From contig CAVPSB010000018.1 of NCBI GenBank assembly GCA_963708025.1, positions 512,001-576,000 on the forward strand: a stretch of 64,000 bases of DNA. Reading direction: 5' to 3'. Shown here in pieces: positions 28,615 to 37,781 of this stretch; the first letter of the stretch is position 1; every line of letters starts with the position of its first letter. The notes beneath the pieces are model-generated. The model had not been told where the DNA came from. It made no database searches and saw nothing but the letters and a program-made list of their open reading frames with translations. The stretch comes from an uncultured Candidatus Rokubacteria bacterium. GTDB taxonomy: Bacteria > Methylomirabilota > Methylomirabilia > Rokubacteriales > DASRDR01. The translations under genes were made by a program, and so were the position numbers.

Positions 28615-28708
28615 CGCCCATGTTGCGGTGGGATGTCGGGTCACCCGAACCTGCGGACATCTCCCGGGTCTCGTGGTGCAGGACAAAGAAGACGTACAGC
28701 GCTCTGAA
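28615..28708 (-). pseudogene. Fragment of an rve/integrase-core DDE transposase
   Basis: FRALYVFFVLHHETRE / QVRVTRHPTATWA (one frameshift), matching the LYVxxxxxHxxR...VTxHPTxxW block of this family. Confidence 0.6.
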
Positions 28709-28724
28709 GCGGAATCGGACGGGT

Positions 28725-30203
28725 TCATCGCGAAGGCGACCGGACTATATCCCGGCTCTCGGCCCGGAGCGCGTCACACGCCGCGGCGCCGCCGGCCTCG
28801 TCGTAGAACGGCAGGACCCGGACGAGCCGTCGATCCTGGTCGAGGGCCCGCGTCAGCCCGGCGGCGACGACACACCCGTGCCACAGCGCGCGCTCGATGG
28901 CGTCGGGGCGAACGTCGAGGGTGTCCCGGAAGAATCGCTGCCAGGGTTCGATCAGGATGAGGTGGCGGCCGGCGCCTGGATCGAGCGCCTCCCCCGTCCC
29001 ACCCGAGTCCTTCCACAAGAGCTCGAGGTTGTCGAGGATGGTCTCCTGATAACTGTCCCGGAGCACCTCGAAGGCTCGCTTCGTCACACTCAGACCGCCC
29101 CGAACCTCCGTGTTCGTCTCGTCGCTCCCCACCGTCTGGCCCGCGGTCAGGACCACGATCGTGTCGACGCCCCGGCGCTGGCTGGCTTCCAGCGCGGCCA
29201 AGAGCGGGACGCTTTCGGCGACGCCGCCATCCACGAGCTGATGCATCGTCGTGAACTCGACCTCGATCCCGGGCTCGTCGCGCCGGGAGAGCATCGGCTC
29301 CTCACTCGTTCCCCTGGCCGCGTCGACGGCGGCCGCGAACTCCCGCCACGCCGCCCCCGGCACGTCCCGCACGCGGAGCGTGGTGTGCCATCGCCGAGGC
29401 GCCGGTCCGCTCGAGCCCGGCCGGACCGGGCTGGTGATCGTGGCCGACACCTGCCGGCATGCTGCCATCGCGTGCCCCAACAGGCGGATGTGACAGCGCT
29501 TGTCCGCCAGGCCGGGGGCGAACGGCGTCGAGACCACCACCGTATCCTCGCCGGCGTGCACGGCGGTGCCTCGGACCCATAACCGGGCCGGCCGGGGCTC
29601 GATCGCGAACGGGATGGAGGCGCTGCCGATGACGGAGTCGACGAGCGATTCCGGCCGGGAGAACTGCAAAATGCCCGACTGCAGGGAGACGACGGTCACG
29701 GTCAGTCGGTCCCGTCGCTCGTGGTCGACGTCGATCTGGCTCCGCAGCATCGCTTCCAGCGGGTCGAGCCGGTACACGCCGTCGATGCCGCCGAGCCAGC
29801 GGGGCAGAACGACCCGGAGCGACGCGAGGAATGGCCGGTTGGCGAACTGGTCCGGGGTCTTGAGCCGCCGGTACTGCTCGACAAGGGTCGTCACCCGACG
29901 TTCGAGGTCCGCTCGGTCCGACGCCTGGGAGAGCACCGCGGCCGTGATCGCGCCGGTGGAGGTCCCGACGAAGTGCTCGAAGTCGCAGCCGAGCACCGTG
30001 ACCAGGTACCAAACGGCGCCGATCTGGTACGCGCCGCGGACCCCGCCGCCCCCGAGCACCAGGGCGCGCTTGACGCCGGGGCATGGCGGTTTCCCGAGTT
30101 CGCCCGACGCCTCGACCGCCGGGGCGCTGCTGAGGATCAGTGTGGTCAGGCAGAGAACGACCAGGAGCCGCGTCAGCGACCTGATGCCGATGAGCCTGGG
30201 CAT
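28725..30203 (-). CDS. Patatin-like phospholipase with N-terminal signal peptide and ~110-aa insertion
   Basis: ALVLGGGGVRGAYQIG, GTSTG, SASIP and LVDGG motifs; hydrophobic leader LLVVLCLTTLILSSAPAVEA. Confidence 0.85.
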   Translation of the reverse strand: MPRLIGIRSLTRLLVVLCLTTLILSSAPAVEASGELGKPPCPGVKRALVLGGGGVRGAYQIGAVWYLVTVLGCDFEHFVGTSTGAITAAVLSQASDRADLERRVTTLVEQYRRLKTPDQFANRPFLASLRVVLPRWLGGIDGVYRLDPLEAMLRSQIDVDHERRDRLTVTVVSLQSGILQFSRPESLVDSVIGSASIPFAIEPRPARLWVRGTAVHAGEDTVVVSTPFAPGLADKRCHIRLLGHAMAACRQVSATITSPVRPGSSGPAPRRWHTTLRVRDVPGAAWREFAAAVDAARGTSEEPMLSRRDEPGIEVEFTTMHQLVDGGVAESVPLLAALEASQRRGVDTIVVLTAGQTVGSDETNTEVRGGLSVTKRAFEVLRDSYQETILDNLELLWKDSGGTGEALDPGAGRHLILIEPWQRFFRDTLDVRPDAIERALWHGCVVAAGLTRALDQDRRLVRVLPFYDEAGGAAACDALRAESRDIVRSPSR

Positions 30204-30354
30204 CGCTGGTGAGGGCAGGCGGGGGTCAGCGATCTCGCTCGCGGTCGAGCGACCGTATCGGCTCGGACCCGTAACGCTCGCCGGCCACCGTCTGGGCGGA
30301 GACCGTTGGCTCGATGCGCCGCAGATCGTCCGCGGAGAGCCCGATCGGCATGGC

Positions 30355-30451
30355 TGAAGGGGGCACACACCTCGATTCATGCGGCGGCCTGGTCGTATTC
30401 GTGTAGCAGACCGCCGAGCAGGTCCCGCCGATACACATCGCCGGTCCTTGG
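30355..30451 (-). mobile_element. C-terminal stub and right end of an rve-type IS
   Basis: GDVYRRDLLGGLLHEYDQAAA* (typical LGGLxHEY..AA terminus) followed by terminal sequence ATCGAGGTGTGTGCCCCCTTCA. Confidence 0.6.
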
Positions 30452-30545
30452 GAGGGGACCACCGGGGCCTACTCCCTCCGTGGCCTGTCACCTCCAAGCG
30501 AAGAGAGAGCGGACGGAGCCTAGCATGGTCCCGGGGTGCGCGACA

Positions 30546-30583
30546 ACCCAGCAGGAGGACCCAGCAGGAGGACCCAGCAGAGG
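30546..30583. repeat. 13-bp tandem repeat x3 (ACCCAGCAGGAGG)
   Basis: Two perfect units plus one unit with a 1-nt deletion; intergenic. Confidence 0.8.
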
Positions 30584-30634
30584 AGTGATGGCCGCCGCTC
30601 CAAGGAGTCCGGCGCCCGGACGGTCAGTCTTGCA

Positions 30635-31063
30635 CTACCGAGTCAGATGGATCACCGGCTTGACAGGGCGCGACCGCTGGATCGCCTCCCGAACGGCCGC
30701 GACGAGGGCGGCGAGCGGCTGCGGCTTGGCCAGGCGCCCGACGATGTTCAGGCCCCGGCCCGCGTCATCCTCCTCCTCGAGGAAACCCGAGATGATGAGC
30801 ACCGGCAGCGACTGGAGTGCTGCGGTGGCCCGGAGGCGCGCCAGAACATCCTCGCCACTCAGTTCGGGCATGTGGAGGTCGAGCAGCAGGAGATCGGGCA
30901 CGACGGCGCGCAGCGTGTCCAGGGCCTCGCGACCCGAGTCCGCTTCGAGCACCCGAAAGCCGGCTTTCGTCAAGGCGTCCGCCCAGAGCTCGCGGACGAG
31001 GGCGTCATCGTCGGCGATCAGAATCCACTTGGGGGCGGCCCCGTCTTGGCTCATGGCCTCCAT
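30635..31063 (-). CDS. Single-domain response regulator (CheY-like receiver)
   Basis: ILIADDD, LLDLHMPELSG, IISG, AKP. Confidence 0.85.
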   Translation of the reverse strand: MEAMSQDGAAPKWILIADDDALVRELWADALTKAGFRVLEADSGREALDTLRAVVPDLLLLDLHMPELSGEDVLARLRATAALQSLPVLIISGFLEEEDDAGRGLNIVGRLAKPQPLAALVAAVREAIQRSRPVKPVIHLTR

Positions 31064-31299
31064 GGTGCTCACCCGATCGATGGACCCTCGGCGCACGAGA
31101 GAGATCGACCCCGGGCGGGGTTGAGGTCGCCCGGGGTCGGCCCCTCGCTCCGTGGTGTCGCGGTCTCAGGGAGGTCGCGATGAGCAGGACCTACCGTATC
31201 ACCCCGGTCGGGTCAGCCCGAAGCTTTGGAGGGGGGGCGGCGGCACTGCCGACTGGCGCTCCGCGCCCCCCTGGACGCGCACCCGCAACATCCGCGCCC

Positions 31300-31418
31300 G
31301 GGGCCTGATGTACCCCTGGGAGAGCACCACGGACCAGACGCCGGAGGCGCAGCTCGACGCGCTTCGGGCGTTCGCCGCGGCTCGCGGCCGGCCCCCGGTG
31401 GAGCTCGTCCCGCGTTGA
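31300..31418 (+). pseudogene. Degenerate N-terminus of a serine recombinase (resolvase)
   Basis: MYPWESTTDQTPEAQLDALRAFAAARG versus family pattern YxRVSTxxQxxxxQLxxLxxxAxxRG; truncated by a stop at 31418. Confidence 0.55.
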
Positions 31419-31566
31419 CGGTCAGCACGGCCAAAGCCGCGACGACGAGCGCGCCGGTCAGCGTGGGGCCTGTCATCCGCGCCGTCTGGACGACCGCGTT
31501 GCGCCGGGCGGGGTTCCCGGCGGTGGCTGCTGCCCGCGTGGCCGGTCTGGCGAGGCCGCCCTGATC

Positions 31567-31665
31567 TCAGATCGCATCCAGGAATGTGAGCCGGACCGGC
31601 CCCAGCTCGATTCGGTCGCCGGACTTCAGTGTGGCACGCCGCGTCGTCTGGCCGTTGACCTTCAA
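31567..31665 (-). pseudogene. C-terminal fragment of an FHA domain
   Basis: LKVNGQTTRRATLKSGDRIELGPVRLTF* (VNG...L..GD.I.LG); no upstream FHA sequence. Confidence 0.5.
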
Positions 31666-31823
31666 GCGGGGGAACCGCCGGCCGTCAGGGTTCGCACGAC
31701 CCGGGCCAGCATCACCATGCGAGATCCTCCATCGATGCGTCGTTCAGGGACGACCGCCTCCGTCTCGTGGTGTTTGCGGGCAATGATCGGCAACGGGGCT
31801 CCACTGCGGCCCCGGTGTCGACG

Positions 31824-32715
31824 TCAATTGGTGCGCGCCACCGCGGCGCGGGAAAGCGGGGCGACGTCGCCCGGGAGGGGGATATAGCCGAGCTCGGGCG
31901 CAGAGGACTGTCCGAGGGACAGCCCCCACGTGAGTAAGCGCTTGAGCGCCGCGCTCTTCTGCGGGTCCTGGTACCGCTCGTACAGCAGCAGCCAACTGAG
32001 CGACACGATGGGGTAGGACCCGTCGCCGTCCGGGTCGGGCAGAAAGAGCCGGAGATTGCTGGGCATCTGCGTGATGTTGTTCGCCAGAGCCGCCTGCCCG
32101 CTCTGATCGCTCGGGGCGACGTACTGCCCAGCCTTGTTCTGGAGCCTCGCCATCCGCAGGCCGAGTCGCCGGGCGAACCCATATTCCACGTACCCGATGG
32201 TGCCCTCACCGATCTTGATGAGCGCCGCGACCCCTTCGTTCCCGCGAGTCAGCATCGCCCGGCCGGACCAGTCGACCACGTACCCGACCCCAGGCCCCTG
32301 CCGCCAGATCGGACTGATCGCGCTCAGGTGGTTGGCCAGCCGAGCGTTGTCCCGCTTCCGTCCTGGCGCGCCGCGATTACGATGCTCCGGTTGGGCAATG
32401 GGAGGCCAGGATTGAGCGCCTGGATTCGGGGGTCGTTCCACGTCACGATCTTCCGGAGGAAGATGTTCGCGTAGACGTCGCGACTGAATCGCAGCTCGCC
32501 CCCGAGCCACGGAAGGTTGTACGCCAGCACGACGAGGCCGGCGGTGGCGGGCACCAGTTGCGCGCCAGGTGCCACCCGGGCCATCTCCTCGTCGGTCAAC
32601 GCCCCGTCGCTGGCCCCAAAGTCGACAGTCTGGGCGAGGAAGCGTCGGACGCCCTCGCCGCTTCCGACGTCCTTGTACTCGATCGACACGTCCGGATTCT
32701 GCGCCGTGAACACGC
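31824..32715 (-). pseudogene. pstS: Phosphate-binding protein PstS, 5'-truncated and frameshifted
   Basis: VGSGEGV, VDFGASD, WNDPRIQALNP, RQDGSGTT, GNEGVA, IGYVE, YPIVSLSW. Signal peptide and GAGATFP block missing; frameshift near 32345. Confidence 0.8.
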
Positions 32716-32995
32716 TGTCCGATGGGGTCGCTGGAGGCCGGCGACGGCTGCGGACCCAAGCCAAGCGCTAGGCTAGCCCCGCAACGCCAGAAGATCCCCC
32801 TGCTCTCCCCCGCCCGACTGACTCCGCTCCCGGTAGGCCCCCGGCCAGGATCCGCGCCAGGCCGATCGCATCGGCGATAGAATATTACCCGTGCTCGAAG
32901 CGGTAGCCCTGGACGCGGAGCAACTGCGCCGGCGTACTGGCAGCCGGCCGACCTGCGCCCGGGTGCAGAGAGCGGGGCCTAGGTGTGTTGGTCTG

Positions 32996-33015
32996 CTGTG
33001 CCCGCGACTGTGCCC
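32996..33015. repeat. Direct repeat CTGTGCCC x2 (12-bp period), candidate integrase arm-type sites
   Basis: 32996..33003 and 33008..33015, ~110 bp inside the tRNA-fragment att site. Confidence 0.5.
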
Positions 33016-33126
33016 ACGGCCGCAGAGCATGGCCCGCCGGGACCCAGGAAGAGCAAACGAAAGGCCAGCGTTGAGGGGACGCCGAGTTACGGACGGCCGT
33101 GGGGTTACAGGGCCGAGCGAGATACC

Positions 33127-33181
33127 TTCAGGGTCTAGTGCCCGCAAGGGTGTGGGGGTTCGAGTCCCCCCTTCGGCACCA
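33127..33181 (+). tRNA. 3' half of tRNA-Leu(CAG), starting at the anticodon loop; probable att site and not a functional gene
   Basis: TTCAGGG loop, TCTAG stem strand, variable arm GCCC-GCAA-GGGT, T-arm GGGGG-TTCGAGT-CCCCC, CTTCGGC-A-CCA. Upstream lacks CTAGA and a D-arm. Confidence 0.85.
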
Positions 33182-33182
33182 C

Positions 33183-33594
33183 TCATTCTCGCATAGCCCG
33201 GACGCCCTGACCAACCCCGCCCGGCGAGCTCGCCCCTGGGTCGCTCCGGGCACTCGGGCCGATGGCAGTCCGGCTGTCTCTCTGCCACGGCCCGCCCGTC
33301 ATGGCGGAGAGCGAGTGCCACCATGCCGGTCTCGTACAGCTCCTCAGCGAGAAAGACCATGCCGAAGACGAGGAGCCAGGCCTGGGTGAAGAGGATCCCG
33401 CCGGCCAATGCGCCGAAGGCGACCGCCAGGACGCCGCCCCGAATGCCACGCACGAGCTCAAGGGACGCCGAGGGATCGTCGCCGTGTCTCAGCGCCCGGA
33501 GGATGAGGCTGGCCCCTCGCCGCGCCGTGTACCCGGCACAGGACGCAAGAGCGGCAGCGACGATGATCTCGGCGGACACGACCAGCGCCTCCAC
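33183..33594 (-). CDS. Hypothetical membrane protein (3' end uncertain; ORF reads through the tRNA fragment)
   Basis: Three hydrophobic segments and LAEELYETG in the first ~100 aa; remainder is low-complexity. Confidence 0.45.
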
Positions 33595-33777
33595 CTACGA
33601 TTGGGACGGTCTTCCCTTGGCTGGGGTTTCCGCAGAGACCCGCGAGCAGACAGCCCAGACCGCGCTGATCTGCCGCGGCGCCTGCGTCTGGTTGGGCCGG
33701 CCGATGCGGATGCCCTTCGAGGGGGTCTCGGCCGGAGGGCCCGAACCGAGGGGAGCGGACGGTGGCCCGCGCCGCGG

Positions 33778-34194
33778 TCAGTCGCCGATCTCGTTCAGCT
33801 CTCGGCGGAGCTTGTCCAGCATCCGCTGCTGCGCGGAGAGGCCCTGCTCGGCCAGCGCGATCGCCTGCCGGAGGGAGGCCGCGCGCCGTCGAAGATCCGC
33901 GATGAGGGCCTCCACCGCCTGGGTCTGCGCCTGGCGGGCCACGAGGAGCGCGGCGTGGACCGGCGTCAGCCCGTCGGCGCCGGCCCGCGCGGCCCGCTGT
34001 CGCTCGTCCCACTCGGCCCGCTGAGCGTCCCGAAGCCCGGCCCGGGCCGCCGCCAGTCGTGACGCGGCCGCCGGACCTCTCGGGGCGGGACCATTGCCCG
34101 GCTCCTCCTCGACCGTGTCGTCGAGGAAAAAGCGGACCTCCGCCTGTTCGTGCTCGATCGTCGCGAGGCCGTCGCCGTCCCTGCCCTCCGCCAT
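33778..34194 (-). CDS. Hypothetical coiled-coil protein
   Basis: 138-aa ORF; heptad-like C-terminal half. Confidence 0.5.
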   Translation of the reverse strand: MAEGRDGDGLATIEHEQAEVRFFLDDTVEEEPGNGPAPRGPAAASRLAAARAGLRDAQRAEWDERQRAARAGADGLTPVHAALLVARQAQTQAVEALIADLRRRAASLRQAIALAEQGLSAQQRMLDKLRRELNEIGD

Positions 34195-34290
34195 GCGCCG
34201 AACTTACATCACCCACCCCGTCCATTCAATAGGTAGTGGACCGGATGCTGGCAAACCCCTACATCCGGGGCTCGGTGGTGGTCGCCCCGA

Positions 34291-35055
34291 TCACCGGAAC
34301 TCGGCGCCGACCGGACCGACCGGCTCGAAGCGCGCCTCGACGCGATCGCCCGGCGAGAGGCCGTACTGCCGCGTGAAGGAGCCTGACATGACGCGCATTC
34401 CGGGCTCCAGGCGCCGGCCGAAGCCGGCCAGCCGGTTCGCGAGCCAGGCCACGGACGCGAGCGGCGTGCCCATCACCTCCGCGCCCAGCGCCCGTTCCAG
34501 GCACCGATCGTTCACGCGCACTTCGACACTCACCGCCCCGAGATCCATCCCGCGTGGCAGGGGTTGGGGCGACCCCGCGACGAAGGCGCGCTGCTGGCAG
34601 TTGTCGGCGAGCGAGAGCGGCACGTCGGCGGCGGCGTCCCCCCGCCGTTCGACGATCTCCAGGGCGGGCGCGACGGCGGAGAGGGCCTCGGCCACCATCG
34701 CGACCGTGACTCCCGGGCCCTCCAGCGCTCGGCCGACGGTCAGGCACAGCTCGTTCTCGAAGCCCGGCTGGATCAGCTCGGCGAAGCGGAACACCGCACC
34801 GCTCGGTCTCGCCCCGCTTTCGAGCAGAAAGCCGAACACCGGCTCGTGGATGCCAGCCTGCGCCTGCATCGCTCGGGCCGTCAGGCCGATCTTCCAGCCC
34901 GCCTGCGCGTCACCGGCGGCCAGGTACCGCGTCAGTAGGTCTAGCTGTACGCGGTAGGCCTCGTCGGTGGAGAGCCGGCCCTTCCACTCCGCCGGGTAGT
35001 ACACGCCCCGCTGCCGGTACGCCCAGATCGACTCGGCGGCTGCCTCGAGATCCAC
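34291..35055 (-). CDS. 2-keto-4-pentenoate hydratase (MhpD/FAH family)
   Basis: AYRVQL, GWKIGLT, FENEL, PALEIVE, LADN, SVAWLANRL, MSGSFT. Confidence 0.88.
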   Translation of the reverse strand: MDLEAAAESIWAYRQRGVYYPAEWKGRLSTDEAYRVQLDLLTRYLAAGDAQAGWKIGLTARAMQAQAGIHEPVFGFLLESGARPSGAVFRFAELIQPGFENELCLTVGRALEGPGVTVAMVAEALSAVAPALEIVERRGDAAADVPLSLADNCQQRAFVAGSPQPLPRGMDLGAVSVEVRVNDRCLERALGAEVMGTPLASVAWLANRLAGFGRRLEPGMRVMSGSFTRQYGLSPGDRVEARFEPVGPVGAEFR

Positions 35056-35124
35056 GTCGGGCCCTCCCTCCCAACCCCTTCCCCACTTCCGGAGCCGGTG
35101 AGGCCGCTTACTTCACCCACTGCC

Positions 35125-35523
35125 CTAGAAATCGAGGTGCTTCCGGAAGAACTCGACCGCGCGACGAAGCACGTCGTCTCGGGTCGTCGCGGCGAACGGG
35201 AGCCCGTGGGTGGCCTCCCCGTAGTAGTGCGCTTCCACCGGGTGCCCGTGCTCGCTGAGCGCACGCTCGTACTCGCGTGCCCAGTGGACATGGGCCTGCT
35301 CGTCCCCCGTGGCGCGTAGGATCAGCACGGGCGTGCGGAGCGTCGAGATCATCGTGATCGGCGCCACGTCGATCGGCGTGCGGCGCCGGGTGGCCCTGTA
35401 GCCGGGCGCTCGCCGCCGCTTGGGTCACCTCTGGGCCAGGCCTCGGGTTCCGTGGCTGGACGGTGGCCGTGGTCCGGCCGCCACCGGACCGGCGAGCGCG
35501 ACCAGCGCCGCGATCGCCAGCAT
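35125..35523 (-). pseudogene. Internally deleted dienelactone-hydrolase-like alpha/beta hydrolase
   Basis: Signal-peptide-like start (MLAIAALVALAGPVAA) and C-terminal PVLILRATGDE...YYGEATHGL...AVEFFRKHL; nucleophile region absent. Confidence 0.5.
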
Positions 35524-35557
35524 GCCCGCGGCGGTCACGCACGCTCGCCCCGGCGCT

Positions 35558-36479
35558 TCAGGCCGGAAGCCGTCGGACGCGGTTGCGCAGCGTCCCGATG
35601 GGATCGATCGTGATGCTGACGACGTCGCCCGGCTGGAGGGCGTGCTCGTCGGGCACCAGGATCCCGGTTCCGGTCGAACAGCACGGTGCCGGCCGGGATC
35701 GGATTGTAGCGCCCCAGCCAGTCCACCAGCTCCCCGCAGCGCCGCTTCATGTCCCCCGTGCTGGCCTGACCCTCGTAGAGCCGCTGGCCCCGCCGCTCGA
35801 TCACGCACCGGATCGTGAGGGCGTGAGGGTCGGGCACCGTCAACGGGGTGGCGATCACCGGGCCGAAGGCGAAGCCGCCCTGGAAGATCTTTGACTGGGG
35901 GAGAAAGAGCGGGTTGTCGCGCTCGATGTCCCAGGCCGAGAGGTCGTTGCCGACCGTGTAGCCGACGATGGCGCCGCCCTCCCCGATGATCACCGCCAGC
36001 TCGGCCTCCACCGCGGTCAGCTTCGAGTCGCCCCGGAGCCCGATCGGCGCGTGCGGGCCGGCCGCGCGCCCGGCCGTCGCCTTGAAGAACAGCTCCGGGC
36101 GGGGTGACTCGTAGACGTGGTCGTAGATGCCCTTCTCCCGATGCCCGTGCCCCGTGTCGTGCTCGGTGTAGTACTCGGCACTTCGGCGGTACGTGATGCC
36201 GGCGCCCCAGATCTCCGGGGGATCGAGAGGCGGCCGGAGGCCGGCCCGGCGCGGCCCGGGCGCCCGATCGAGCACGCTCCACGGGTAGCGCGGCCGACGC
36301 GGCGCCCGGGCCAGCCGGCGAGCGAGCCGCTCGAGGCCGGCCGGCGTGCGCCCCTGCCGGACGAGATCGAGGACCGAGCCGACGCCCGCCGCCCGGGCCG
36401 TGATGTCGAGGACCGCGTCTCCCTCGACCACGCCGACCCGGAGTCCGGTACCGGGAACCTCGAATTGACAGAGCTTCAT
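35558..36479 (-). CDS. Fumarylacetoacetate hydrolase family protein; frameshift near 35675
   Basis: EIWGAGITYRRS, RPELFFKA, EAELAV, GNDLSAWDIERDNPLFLPQSK; tail TGTGILVP...IGTLRNRV* in the adjacent frame. Confidence 0.87.
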
Positions 36480-36587
36480 GAGCTTGCCTCCCTCACGGCA
36501 CTCCGGGCGCCGCGACCGGCCGGCGCGCCAGCGCGCGCTCGCCGATGTCGCACGCCTCGGTGACGCCGGGCCGGCGGGGCGCGGGCG

Positions 36588-37211
36588 TCAGGGCGGAGCG
36601 GACCCCGAGTCGGGTCGCATGACGGCGAGGTCGTGCGGCAGCCCGAGCCGGTCCAGGACGCGCGCGATCGTGTGGTTCACGAGATCATCGATCCCCTTCG
36701 GCCGGTGGTAGAAGGCGGGCATGGGCGGCAGCACGGTCGCACCGATCTCGGCGAGGGCCACCAGCGTGCGGAGGTGGCCGACGTGGAGCGGCGTCTCCCG
36801 CACGAGCAGGATCAGCGGGCGACCTTCCTTCAGCGTGACGTCCGCCGCTCGCGTCACCAGGTTGCCGGTCACGCCGGTCGCGATCGCGGCCGCCGTGCGC
36901 ATGGAGCACGGCGCCACCACCATCCCGACGGTGCGGAACGAGCCGGAGGCGATGGAGGCCCCGATGTCCTTCACGTCGTGGACGACGTGGGCCAGTCGCT
37001 CGACGTCCCGGACCGTGTGATCCGTCTCCTCGATCAGCGTCCGCTTGCCCGGACCGGAGAGGACGAGATGGGTCTCGACGCCGGGAGCGCCGCCGAGCGC
37101 TTCCAGGAGCCGGACGCCGTAGATGACGCCGGTGGCGCCGGTGATGGCGACGACCAGTCGGCTCGGCGGTTGGGTCGGGCGTCGGATGGGCGCGGACGGG
37201 GCGACGGCCAT
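36588..37211 (-). CDS. ubiX: Flavin prenyltransferase UbiX
   Basis: AITGATG, ASIASGSF, APCSMRT, RAADVTLKEGR, RETPL, PPMPAFY. Confidence 0.93.
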   Translation of the reverse strand: MAVAPSAPIRRPTQPPSRLVVAITGATGVIYGVRLLEALGGAPGVETHLVLSGPGKRTLIEETDHTVRDVERLAHVVHDVKDIGASIASGSFRTVGMVVAPCSMRTAAAIATGVTGNLVTRAADVTLKEGRPLILLVRETPLHVGHLRTLVALAEIGATVLPPMPAFYHRPKGIDDLVNHTIARVLDRLGLPHDLAVMRPDSGSAPP

Positions 37212-37223
37212 GGGCGGATCGGT

Positions 37224-37505
37224 CTAGGCGAGGCGGAAGCGGCGCCGGAACACTTCCTGGCGGGTCTTCTGGTAGAGGATCTCCCACTCCGGGCTGCCTT
37301 CCGGCGCGGGCCTCGCGTAGCTCGAGAGGATCTTGCGCACCTCGGCGTCGATCGACTCCTCGACCCGGGTCTCGTCCGCCAGCACGCGGATGATCTCGGC
37401 CCGGATGTCGTCGGCCCCCTTCAGCGCGACGCACCCCTCGGCGCCCAGCAGCTCGTCGGTCATCCGCGCGGCCAGGTGGAAGACGCGCTCCCGACTGAAC
37501 TTCAC
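37224..37505 (-). CDS. DUF507 family protein
   Basis: IDAEVRKILSSY...EGSPEWEILYQK pattern; GTGA overlap with the upstream paralog. Confidence 0.75.
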   Translation of the reverse strand: MKFSRERVFHLAARMTDELLGAEGCVALKGADDIRAEIIRVLADETRVEESIDAEVRKILSSYARPAPEGSPEWEILYQKTRQEVFRRRFRLA

Positions 37506-37780
37506 AGGACGAAGCCCCGGTCCCGGGCGAGCTTCTCCTTGGTCTTGCTGAAGAGCTGGCGGTAATCGAGACCCTTCTCGCGGATGTCCCGCGCGTAGCC
37601 CTGCAGGAGCTCCCGGGCCTCGGTGTCGAGCTGGTCTTCGGCCTGGAGGTTCTCGACGATCAGCTTCTGGAGTGCCACCCGGATCCGCGCCTCGTCCTTG
37701 ATCTCGACCAGCCGACGGGTGACCAGCCGCTTGATGATCGCGTCGCTGAACCGGCCGGCGATCTCCTCACGCCCTCGCAT
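37502..37780 (-). CDS. DUF507 family protein
   Basis: EDQLDTEARELL...DYRQLFSKTKEKLARDRGFVL. Confidence 0.78.
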   Translation of the reverse strand: MRGREEIAGRFSDAIIKRLVTRRLVEIKDEARIRVALQKLIVENLQAEDQLDTEARELLQGYARDIREKGLDYRQLFSKTKEKLARDRGFVL

Positions 37781-37781
37781 G

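Noticed and set aside
29238..29594. Intein inside the patatin
   Set aside because: No N-terminal Cys/Ser block and no His-Asn/Gln followed by Cys/Ser/Thr.
30546..30583. CRISPR array
   Set aside because: 13-bp units without spacers and no cas genes; no CRISPR array seen anywhere in the window.
28725..31063. CBASS or other patatin-based anti-phage system
   Set aside because: No nucleotidyltransferase or other defence gene nearby, and the patatin has an export-type leader.
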